A DNA stretch of 35,665 bases from a plasmid: the sequence record CP051992.1; one strand, 5' to 3'. The number at the start of each line of letters is the position of its first letter. Position 1 is the first letter of the stretch. The notes below the pieces were generated by a model that was not told the DNA's origin, did not search any database, and saw nothing but the letters and a program-made list of their open reading frames with translations. The position numbers were made by a program, and so were the translations under genes. Below are positions 17,372 to 25,903 of the stretch, piece after piece.

Positions 17372-17626
17372 TTAATATTCTAAATCATTAATAGTGTTAT
17401 AAACTCGGTCTATTTTATCCGCTAATTCTTTTAAAGCTTTCGTATTTTGTGCTTGTTGGTGAGATTGTTCGGCATACAAACTTCGGTAACATTCTAATGG
17501 ATCAATCTGTTCTATTATGTCCAATAAAAATTCGTTCCTTGATATGTTTTTTTGCTTTGCCATTCGGTCAATTCTCTTTATAGTTTCTACATCAACGCTT
17601 CTTATTTTAATATCTCTTGTTTCCAT
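17372..17626 (-). CDS. ribbon-helix-helix protein (84 aa), candidate oriT-binding accessory factor
   Basis: IKIRSVDVETIKRIDRMAKQKNISRNEFLLDII RHH pattern. SD ttaggaggt. Confidence 0.55.
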   Translation of the reverse strand: METRDIKIRSVDVETIKRIDRMAKQKNISRNEFLLDIIEQIDPLECYRSLYAEQSHQQAQNTKALKELADKIDRVYNTINDLEY

Positions 17627-17689
17627 AATTCTGTTAACCTCCTAATCAAAAATACTTAAAATCTTTTAAAAATAAAATTTTCGTAAGAG

Positions 17690-17875
17690 CATAAGGGAAA
17701 TATGACCCCATATTTTATGGGTGGCTGGCAAAGCCAGCCATTTCAAGGTTTTTAAAGAATTTAAAGTGACCCCACAATAAACTATAGTGTCACAGTTTTG
17801 TGACACTATATATTGTGTTTGTCACAGTTTTGTGACACAACATGTAGAATTTGTCTTATTTTTGTGACACTTGTT
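17690..17875. other. candidate origin of transfer (oriT): GC hairpin tggctgg-caaag-ccagcca (17722-17740), 11-bp perfect inverted repeat tatagtgtcac/gtgacactata (17783-17810), second inverted repeat (17819-17838) and a third TGTGACAC copy (17862-17869)
   Basis: Read directly. Lies between the T4SS operon end and the RHH-relaxase operon start. Confidence 0.55.
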
Positions 17876-17877
17876 TT

Positions 17878-18723
17878 TTAGCTTATTTTGTTTGTTGCTT
17901 GATATTTTTTATTCAACAAATCGATTTTTTCTTGTAGCTTTTTCTCAGCTTCTTCTACATTATTTATTTCGTTTTCTTTCTCTTTTATTTCAGATTTTTT
18001 AGCTTCTATTTGATTGTTTGTTTCTTCTTTTTCATCTGAAATTTGATATGTTTTTTTGGCATCTAACAAATTAATTTCTGTATTTAAATCTTCTATATTT
18101 TTCTTTAATTCTCCTTTTTCTTTTTCCTTATTTTTTAAATTTTGTTTATTAATTTCAATATCATCTTTAATAAAAGATAACTGGTAATCTTCTTTCGTTG
18201 GCAATGTTTTTTTCTGTTCTATTGATACATTTTTTTCATTACCAAACACTTTTAATATCTCTTCTTCATTATCTGATTCTTTATCTTTACTTAATATTTT
18301 AACTACTAAAACTTCAAAATTAGGTTTGACATCGTAAACTCTAATCGCTTGTTTATTATCCATTTGATTTATAATTTTATATTTACTTTCAATATCAGGT
18401 GTCGCATTAGGTATTATTTTATATTGAACATTTTGAATAACATCTTTCCCTAATTCTTGCTTATATTCAATAACAAAATCCATTGTTTTTTTCTCTTTGT
18501 TCCATGTCCATTGGTTAATTCTCACACTGCCAGAAGTAGATGTATTTTGCCATTTTTTTATAGGTGTATGAACATTAGTTACTGGGTCTTCTGTAAAAAA
18601 ACGACTACCTAAGATAAGTACAAATGAACCTACAATAAAGACAGTTAGCATATAGAATAGCCAACTGCCTTTGTTTCTTATAGAAGTTTTTCCAGGTATA
18701 AAAGCTCTAAATAACTCTTTCAA
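17878..18723 (-). CDS. bitopic membrane protein with coiled-coil domain (281 aa), conjugation apparatus component
   Basis: N-terminal TM (WLFYMLTVFIVGSFVLILG), K/E-rich coiled-coil C-terminus. Confidence 0.5.
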   Translation of the reverse strand: MKELFRAFIPGKTSIRNKGSWLFYMLTVFIVGSFVLILGSRFFTEDPVTNVHTPIKKWQNTSTSGSVRINQWTWNKEKKTMDFVIEYKQELGKDVIQNVQYKIIPNATPDIESKYKIINQMDNKQAIRVYDVKPNFEVLVVKILSKDKESDNEEEILKVFGNEKNVSIEQKKTLPTKEDYQLSFIKDDIEINKQNLKNKEKEKGELKKNIEDLNTEINLLDAKKTYQISDEKEETNNQIEAKKSEIKEKENEINNVEEAEKKLQEKIDLLNKKYQATNKIS

Positions 18724-18735
18724 AATACCACCTCT

Positions 18736-19347
18736 TTAATTACTTTCTTCTATTTTTTCTTCATCAAATTGTTTAAATTTACTTACTTTCCAAATGTTAT
18801 TGCCTTCTTGTTTAAGCGTTAATTCCGAAGCAATTTTTCTTTTGTCTATACCATCTGAACTGCCTTTTATAGCTTGAGTTAACGTCAAATACATATGATA
18901 TTCTTTCTTCTCAGGAGAATATCTTTCATTATAAATTTTAACATCTTGTATATCTGTTTCGTATTTAATAGGTGAACGTCTTGTCTCTCCAAAATACTGA
19001 TCAGCAAGTGATTTATCCATTAATTCTTTTGCTTTTTCATACCTTTTTTTGTCATCTGTTTTAGTACTTGTCACATATAATACCTTCACAAATTCTTCTG
19101 CTTTTCCTCTAAGTTCTTCTTCTTCCTTAACAAGATTTTTATTATCTAATCTCTCTATTAACTTTTGTTTTTCATCATTGTCTTTTTGTAAACTCTTTAT
19201 CTTTTTACTTTGTATTTCTACAGTTTTATTCAATTCATTGTGGTCTTGAAAAACAAAATAAATTATAAGACCTATTACAGATAATAATATAATTACGGTG
19301 CCAAATAGTTTACCATTTTTATTCGCATGCTTTTTATTTTTAGACAT
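18736..19347 (-). CDS. TcpC/VirB8-like bitopic protein (203 aa)
   Basis: N-terminal TM. Extracytoplasmic domain resembling NTF2-like TcpC/Tn916-Orf13 family proteins (weak call). Confidence 0.4.
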   Translation of the reverse strand: MSKNKKHANKNGKLFGTVIILLSVIGLIIYFVFQDHNELNKTVEIQSKKIKSLQKDNDEKQKLIERLDNKNLVKEEEELRGKAEEFVKVLYVTSTKTDDKKRYEKAKELMDKSLADQYFGETRRSPIKYETDIQDVKIYNERYSPEKKEYHMYLTLTQAIKGSSDGIDKRKIASELTLKQEGNNIWKVSKFKQFDEEKIEESN

Positions 19348-19367
19348 TATTTTACACCTCTAATATT

Positions 19368-20522
19368 CTAATATATAAATGTTTCATCGCCGTCTAATTT
19401 GAAAGTTCTTTCTCCATAAGTAAAAGGAATAATGTTATATTCGCTTACTCTTATTTCACCATTTTTCTTTACTTCTTCTACAAAAGCGATGTGACCATAT
19501 GGCGTTGAACCAAATGCTTTTGAATTGTATGGCCAAGATATCATAGCGCCCACTTTAGGGGTTTTTCCTGTTTTATATCCTTGTGCTTTTGCTTTGTCTG
19601 CCCAATCACCGCCATTACCAAAAGATAGCTCCACAGGCAAACCTAATTCTTTTCTACGGTTATAGACATACCAAGTACATTGATGATAAGCATATGTGTT
19701 TGGTTCAAATGTTTTCTTTCCATATTTTGGCAACTTCCCACCATGTTTTTCAAGAACTTTTTTCAATTTTTCGATAGATTCTCCCGCTGGTATGTCGTTG
19801 TCGCAACTAACCGTTGTACCGCCTTTTTCTACTTCTCCTAATGATTTCATATTACTTTTTACAGTTGGAACCCAACGCGCATTCATATTACTTGGATCAT
19901 TAGCAGCACCTACAGGTGCATATTTAGATCCTATTTTTTCAGGTGTTGTTAACCCTTTAGAGATGTATAAGTCATATAAATTTCTTGCGCCATCTTCTAA
20001 TCCGTCTTCTATAGTTTTATATGTTGAATCTTGTATTGATTTGTTACCCATTACAGATAGTGGGTTGTTTTGTCTTGTCGCATTTGCGCCTTTTCCCCAT
20101 CCGGATTCAGAAGCTATAATCGCCATAAAAAGTGAAGGTGGTATTTTGTTCTTTTTAGCAATTTCAACAATTTTTTCTGACTTACCTTCTAACGCGCCAC
20201 CTTTAGCGTTTTTTTCAAATGTTTGTAGTCCTCCTTCTTTTAGGTTACCTCCTACAACTTCACAACCTTTTGACGATGATGTAGCTTGCTCCTGTTTGTC
20301 CTTTTCTACTCTAACCGCAGTTATAATTGTCCCAACAATAACAATCGTTAATAAAATAGAAAATAACACAGCACCCAATAATAGCCATATCTTCCATAAA
20401 GCAATATTCGCTTTATGAGCAATAAATTTTACAGCTTGTTTGGCTGCTCTTTTTGCTATAGTGCGCTTTTTCAATATTACGCACCCCACCAAACAAGTCA
20501 TTCTCTTCTTCGCTAATATCAA
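19368..20522 (-). CDS. cell-wall hydrolase with lytic transglycosylase (SLT-like) and C-terminal CHAP domains (VirB1/TraG-like)
   Basis: TM near N-terminus. IPPSLFMAIIASESGWG SLT-like motif. CHAP Cys/His (YHQCTWYVYN ... GHIAFVEEV). TTG start; overlaps the VirB4 gene end by 110 bp. Confidence 0.65.
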   Translation of the reverse strand: MILAKKRMTCLVGCVILKKRTIAKRAAKQAVKFIAHKANIALWKIWLLLGAVLFSILLTIVIVGTIITAVRVEKDKQEQATSSSKGCEVVGGNLKEGGLQTFEKNAKGGALEGKSEKIVEIAKKNKIPPSLFMAIIASESGWGKGANATRQNNPLSVMGNKSIQDSTYKTIEDGLEDGARNLYDLYISKGLTTPEKIGSKYAPVGAANDPSNMNARWVPTVKSNMKSLGEVEKGGTTVSCDNDIPAGESIEKLKKVLEKHGGKLPKYGKKTFEPNTYAYHQCTWYVYNRRKELGLPVELSFGNGGDWADKAKAQGYKTGKTPKVGAMISWPYNSKAFGSTPYGHIAFVEEVKKNGEIRVSEYNIIPFTYGERTFKLDGDETFIY

Positions 20523-22473
20523 TTTTAAACTTTACATTGTTTACTCCAGCAATATTTAAAATAACTTCACCTGTTCCCAACTGAGGGATTACACTTAACT
20601 CAGAATCACTCAACTCTTGTGAAAATACATTACCTAATTTTTCAACATTTGAAGTGTCCTGTCGCATAATGAACCTATACGTTGTTTGAGAAAACAATGT
20701 CTTCACTTTCGCAACATTCTGTTCTTGTGAATCCTCTGGAATAAAGTCTTTAATATCTTGAGAAGCAAATATAAATCCAGCAAAATACTTTCTATCTTCT
20801 CGAATAAATTTTTCGCATTTTTCAACTACAGGTGCATCTGTTTCACTTGCAGAAATTAAATTATGCGCTTCATCAAAAATCAATCTATACCTTACCGCAT
20901 CCTCTAATTTTAATTCGCGTCTGTTATAAGCTTGAAATTGAGGAGAGCCAAAGTAAACCATTTCATCAAACAACAAGTTCATTACGTTAAATAATTGTGC
21001 CTTTTTTACTTCGTCACCCATTGCATTTAATTGTCTAATAGAGAAGTTAATAATAGAGAACTGCTTAAAGTTTTCAATCGTTGTATGGCCATCAAACATT
21101 GCGCCATTAGATGAAATAATATCTTGAAGCGTTAACTCTATTGATTGATATTGTTTCAACCTATCCTCTGATATATTTGGTCTCACATTTTTAAACTCTT
21201 GATCTTCATATACTAATTCGCGTAAGTACTGTAACAACTCTGAAAAAGTAGGATAGTCTTCAGGATTTAAGTTAGTGATATTGGTTTGCTTATCAGGATT
21301 AGCACTCCATAAGCCAATATCTTTGTAAAATTGGTCTATAACAATTCTGAAAAGCTGCTTATCTTTTGCTTTGGCATCTGGATTCATCAATCCATAAAAC
21401 GTACTTAATTTATGCTTATGCTGGTTAAAAGATGTGACTTCATCGATTTCTTGCACGTTTTTGCCTAAATCATCAACTTTTTCTCTTACAGCTACTGCAT
21501 TTACTTCTAGCGGGTTTATCATGCCGTCTGTACCATCTAAAGATATGGTCTTTCCTCCTAGAACCTCTACCAATTTTACAAATTCTCCTGTAGAATCAAT
21601 TGTTCTCATTCTGTGGCCTTGTATTGCCTCTTCTAATAATATCTTCTTAAGAGCGTGAGATTTCCCTGCACCTTTGGCACCTACAAAAACGCCATCATAT
21701 GAAGTACGTCTACTGTCTTTATAGAACAAATCAAGCAGGATATTTCCTCCCGTATCAGATTCTCCGAAATACACACCGTGTTCATCATTCAACGATACTG
21801 AATGAAACGGCACGCCTATTGCTATTGTTTGCGACGGTATATCTTTTTTTATTCTTGGTAGTACAGATTCTTGTTGTGTTAAGCTCATTGTAAGTGCCTG
21901 ACTTTCAAATTTTTGCTCATTAAGATAAACAGTGCCTTTAAAGTCCATTGCATTAAGAAAAACAAAAATTTCATTTAATTTTTCGTCGACTTCATCTTTT
22001 GTCCTTCCACTCACATACAGTCTTATAACCACTTCTTTTATCGACTCTCCACCATTTCGAACGTTTCTTAATAATGTATTGAGTTCTTGATACGATTCTT
22101 CAGCTTCAGTTCTTGAAACAACATCTCTATCATTATGCATACGATCCAAATATTCTGTCATACCTGTTTTTAAATTGTTCTTGATTTCTTCTTTTGTTTT
22201 TGTCCTCAAATCCATTGTAATAATGGTATTATCCATAGTCATGATTTGTCCTAACCAAAAATCTTCTACATCAGTTGGCGTCTCATAGATAGTTATACAA
22301 GTCTCATATCCCGTGCCTTTTCTTACATAGAAGTCATTTTTAAAATTAACGCCGCCTCTTGGTTGTATCTGAGAGAGTAATTCAATATCAAAGTCAGATT
22401 GTGATAGTGTGCCGCTATCAATCGCCTTCTTAACTTTTCTTCGTTCTCTCCATCTGCTATACACACTACTCAT
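20413..22473 (-). CDS. VirB4-family conjugation ATPase (686 aa)
   Basis: Walker A GAKGAGKSHALKK, Walker B LIFDEAHN. Confidence 0.75.
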   Translation of the reverse strand: MSSVYSRWRERRKVKKAIDSGTLSQSDFDIELLSQIQPRGGVNFKNDFYVRKGTGYETCITIYETPTDVEDFWLGQIMTMDNTIITMDLRTKTKEEIKNNLKTGMTEYLDRMHNDRDVVSRTEAEESYQELNTLLRNVRNGGESIKEVVIRLYVSGRTKDEVDEKLNEIFVFLNAMDFKGTVYLNEQKFESQALTMSLTQQESVLPRIKKDIPSQTIAIGVPFHSVSLNDEHGVYFGESDTGGNILLDLFYKDSRRTSYDGVFVGAKGAGKSHALKKILLEEAIQGHRMRTIDSTGEFVKLVEVLGGKTISLDGTDGMINPLEVNAVAVREKVDDLGKNVQEIDEVTSFNQHKHKLSTFYGLMNPDAKAKDKQLFRIVIDQFYKDIGLWSANPDKQTNITNLNPEDYPTFSELLQYLRELVYEDQEFKNVRPNISEDRLKQYQSIELTLQDIISSNGAMFDGHTTIENFKQFSIINFSIRQLNAMGDEVKKAQLFNVMNLLFDEMVYFGSPQFQAYNRRELKLEDAVRYRLIFDEAHNLISASETDAPVVEKCEKFIREDRKYFAGFIFASQDIKDFIPEDSQEQNVAKVKTLFSQTTYRFIMRQDTSNVEKLGNVFSQELSDSELSVIPQLGTGEVILNIAGVNNVKFKIDISEEENDLFGGVRNIEKAHYSKKSSQTSCKIYCS

Positions 22474-22491
22474 GTGAAAACCCCTTAAGTA

Positions 22492-23307
22492 TTACTTAAT
22501 TTCTTCGCATTGATTATTTAACTTATAAAGTATTTTTATTTCTTGTTCTTTCGTTAATTCTTTAATTGGAAAACCTCTAGCCATTGACTTTTTATATGTT
22601 TGAATGTTTACATTAAGTTCTTGTGCTGTTTTGCCAAATAACATTGCTAAAAAAGAACGTTCCATTCTTGATGACTGTTCTAAATATTCCAGTTTTTTTA
22701 TCCTCTGTTCTAAGAAGTACCTGTATATACCTACTTCTTCTTTCTCATATTTTCTGATTAAATGGCTTCTTTGCGTTTCTGTATCTATCGGCATATTTAA
22801 CGCGATAATCTTATTGTCTTTGTTGTAAGTTTTAAGCATGTTAAGAAGCACGCCCATATCATATAATTGCTCATGTGAATTTCTACTCATAATATCTTTT
22901 GGATTCACTTGAAAGAATTTCATATAGGTGCCATCTCTAAGTACATATAAGCCACCTTTATGGTCTTCTGTCCTTCTGATGATATTAGATATATCCAAAA
23001 AGGTTTTTGATGCTCTATAAGGCTTAAAAAGCTTTATAGGCCTATTTTTGTGTTCAACTCTTTTTTTACGTAGTTTCTTCTTTTTGATTTTGGTTTCGTT
23101 AATATCTCCAAAAATAGTTGAAGTTGATTCATCTTTTTTAGAAGATATTTTAATAGTTTCTTCCTCAAAAACTTTACCAAATAAAGAAGAAGCATCATCT
23201 TTTTCTGATGATGCCTCCTTAAATAAAGTTTTATTAGAGGAAGTCTTTGTAGTTTCTTGTGGCGTTTTGAACATTGCCATGATTTGTGACCTCCTTGTCT
23301 TTTTCAA
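22492..23307 (-). CDS. hypothetical conjugation protein (271 aa)
   Basis: ORF in operon. Overlaps the upstream gene by 74 bp, so the real start is probably later. Confidence 0.45.
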   Translation of the reverse strand: MKKTRRSQIMAMFKTPQETTKTSSNKTLFKEASSEKDDASSLFGKVFEEETIKISSKKDESTSTIFGDINETKIKKKKLRKKRVEHKNRPIKLFKPYRASKTFLDISNIIRRTEDHKGGLYVLRDGTYMKFFQVNPKDIMSRNSHEQLYDMGVLLNMLKTYNKDNKIIALNMPIDTETQRSHLIRKYEKEEVGIYRYFLEQRIKKLEYLEQSSRMERSFLAMLFGKTAQELNVNIQTYKKSMARGFPIKELTKEQEIKILYKLNNQCEEIK

Positions 23308-23602
23308 TCATTTCATATGGAATTTCTGCATAAACATTTCTATCTTTTCTTACGGTAATCCAAAAAACCCTTAGACTTCTCCGTTTAGGATTTGTTGCAA
23401 ATGGACGTATTATTAAAGTTAATATAACAATAAGTTGTAAGATGTTCATATACAAAGTGGCGCTTTCAGGTACAATTCGAATTGCTTGAAGAATATAACT
23501 CCCAACAAATACTATTAAAAACGTCATAACATCTTTCATATAAAGCCAACGCGTAATTTTAGCTTCTACGTTTGTATTTTCTGGTATTCTATTGGACATC
23601 AA
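23234..23602 (-). CDS. small membrane protein (122 aa), VirB3-like candidate
   Basis: Two hydrophobic helices. Position between the VirB6-like and VirB4 genes. Confidence 0.4.
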   Translation of the reverse strand: MMSNRIPENTNVEAKITRWLYMKDVMTFLIVFVGSYILQAIRIVPESATLYMNILQLIVILTLIIRPFATNPKRRSLRVFWITVRKDRNVYAEIPYEMIEKDKEVTNHGNVQNATRNYKDFL

Positions 23603-23609
23603 AAACCTC

Positions 23610-25451
23610 CTAACGTTTTGGTTTTATATTTTTAGAGCTATTTTTATTAATAGGTTTATTCACATGTGATTTTGGAATTGATTTATTTACAGGTTTGTTC
23701 GTTTGTACCGGCTTCACATTTTGTACATCTTTATAACTTTTTGGAGATGGGTTATTTTGACTTGTGTTTTGTTGTTTTGAAAAACCATTATCAGTTATTT
23801 TTCTTTGCGCTTTAGGCGCATTCATAGGGTTAGATTTAGGTGTATTAGTATTAAGTTGATTAGTCTTTGGTGTGTTAGATTTTTCTCCTTGTGTTCGTTT
23901 GATAACATCGTTAAGCGTTTCTTTCTTTCGTCCTCCGTCTGGAGCTCTGTTTGCCCATAGTTGCGAATGACTTTCGCCAACACCTTTGAATGTATTATTT
24001 CCGTAATTAGAATTTTTCATCTCTTCGTCAAGAGACTGTCTGTTGCTGTTAGATTGGCCGTTATGACTACTGTTTGATTCTGTGTTGTTTTGCCTATCGT
24101 TAACTTGACTATTACTATCTATACTCTGATTATCTTTAACATTTTGTTGTTTGTCTGTATTTTGATTATTCGAGGCCTTATTGAGTTGTTCCGACTTAGA
24201 TTGTTGTTCATTGCTGTTATTATTAACGTCATTTCTTTTTGATTTAGAAAAATCATCTCTCACTGCTTTAATCATACTACTTGTTCCATTAGCCGTATTT
24301 GTCGCTAGCGCAGTTGCCGCCTTACCCATTCCATACATACCGGCCATCGTGTAAAACGGTGATCTAAGACCGGCATCATAACCAAATTTACGCTCAATGG
24401 ACTTTGGACCATCTATCATAAACCATGTCGCAGCAATAAGTCCTACCAACCATATACCTGTTGGCTTATCGTTTAAGAAACTAACAACTTCTTTGTATAA
24501 GAACAAACAGAAGAAAATCATAATAACACTTACAAAACCGTTTAAAATATCGATAATTGTTGATTTAAGGCGTTCTCCTTGTAGTGCATGTGAAAAGAAA
24601 ATAGCTAAAATTTTATTTACAATTATCTCTAAGGCAATACTTGCAACACGTAATGCAGCTAAAAAGTGACCCAAAGCTAAACATATAAGCCCCACAGCAG
24701 CAGTAAACCACTTCACATGAAAACGATAATATTTTTCGTCACCTAGGCCAAACCAGTTTTTGTCCAAATCTTCAACTTTTTGTCGACCTGCTTCATCGAC
24801 GACTAACTTTTTCTTAAGTATCTCTTTAGACTCTTTCTTTTTAACTTCTTTTTCCTCTAATTCTTGGTTAATGTTGATATGCTTAATTGTGCTTGCATTA
24901 AGGTTGTTATATTTTTGATTGTTTCTTGTCGTTTTAACATCTGGAAATCCTTTTTCCGCCATCAACTGGATATCTACAATGCTTTTAGCAAGCATCGAAG
25001 AACCCACTTTAGTGCCGTCTGTTTGTTTTTTACTATCTGGATCAAAATTTTCTATAGCTTTACTTGCTTCTTTTGTTAATTCAGAGCCTTTTTGTAAACC
25101 TATATTCACACTACCTAAAAACAAAACTGCAACAACCAATGTAGCAAAAATATCAGCTTTATTAATTGGTCTTCCTAACATTAATTTGATACCTATATAA
25201 ATGATGGCCAACGCTAATACTGAAATTAATACTGGCTTCGCTTCAAGAATTAATCTGCTAATACTGTCTTGCGTAAGTAATCCAAAAAGTGTCAAAACTT
25301 GAATAGTAAGATTTGAAACTAAATCAGTAATCCAAACAAGAAATTGTAAGAAGTACCAACCTATCCAGCGTAACATGTTAGGTACAATTTCAGACATTTG
25401 TAAAACATCTTGATATTTTTCTAATACCTTCTGTGTTGCACTATCTCTCAT
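23610..25451 (-). CDS. polytopic membrane protein, VirB6/TrbL-like, with ~230-aa N/S/Q/K-rich low-complexity C-terminal tail
   Basis: Multiple TM helices in the first ~380 aa. Tail NNNSNEQQSKSEQLNKASNNQN... Confidence 0.55.
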   Translation of the reverse strand: MRDSATQKVLEKYQDVLQMSEIVPNMLRWIGWYFLQFLVWITDLVSNLTIQVLTLFGLLTQDSISRLILEAKPVLISVLALAIIYIGIKLMLGRPINKADIFATLVVAVLFLGSVNIGLQKGSELTKEASKAIENFDPDSKKQTDGTKVGSSMLAKSIVDIQLMAEKGFPDVKTTRNNQKYNNLNASTIKHININQELEEKEVKKKESKEILKKKLVVDEAGRQKVEDLDKNWFGLGDEKYYRFHVKWFTAAVGLICLALGHFLAALRVASIALEIIVNKILAIFFSHALQGERLKSTIIDILNGFVSVIMIFFCLFLYKEVVSFLNDKPTGIWLVGLIAATWFMIDGPKSIERKFGYDAGLRSPFYTMAGMYGMGKAATALATNTANGTSSMIKAVRDDFSKSKRNDVNNNSNEQQSKSEQLNKASNNQNTDKQQNVKDNQSIDSNSQVNDRQNNTESNSSHNGQSNSNRQSLDEEMKNSNYGNNTFKGVGESHSQLWANRAPDGGRKKETLNDVIKRTQGEKSNTPKTNQLNTNTPKSNPMNAPKAQRKITDNGFSKQQNTSQNNPSPKSYKDVQNVKPVQTNKPVNKSIPKSHVNKPINKNSSKNIKPKR

Positions 25452-25456
25452 CTTAA

Positions 25457-25903
25457 CTACCTCTTTTCTATTCCTTCAATGAACTTATTTAATTTTGAAA
25501 TTGCCAACTCAATGTTGGACGTGTCTTTCACTGCTAAATCTTGATAATCCATATCATCTATTTTCTTGCCTTTTTTTGCGAAATATAATCGTGAAGTATC
25601 ACCTAAAAACTCCCCATTCTCATTCCAATCTTTTTGATGCTTATCGTTCTTGACATTATAAATTGTGTAATAAATTTTAATCCCTTGTTCTTCTGCCACT
25701 TTTTCTAGAATCTTTTTAGAATTATAAATATGTTCTTCTCCAGCCCTACTCAAATCACTAATTGCGATAACATATTCATTCTTAGGATTTTTTAATTTAT
25801 CATGTGCTTCCTTAGGTGATATTTCTTCTATTCCAGATTTTGAACAACCCGACAAAAGTAATATCACGGTTAGAAAAATTACGAATCCAACTATATTTTT
25901 CAT
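25457..25903 (-). CDS. lipoprotein (148 aa)
   Basis: Signal peptide plus lipobox LLLSGC. Confidence 0.55.
   Translation of the reverse strand: MKNIVGFVIFLTVILLLSGCSKSGIEEISPKEAHDKLKNPKNEYVIAISDLSRAGEEHIYNSKKILEKVAEEQGIKIYYTIYNVKNDKHQKDWNENGEFLGDTSRLYFAKKGKKIDDMDYQDLAVKDTSNIELAISKLNKFIEGIEKR

Noticed and set aside
19696-20418. 240-aa plus-strand ORF, and similar antisense ORFs (8336..8536, 11275..11620, 14413..15053, 24397..25200, 27025..28360, 29163..29921)
   Set aside because: Embedded opposite to strongly motif-supported minus-strand genes. Low-complexity, no SDs.
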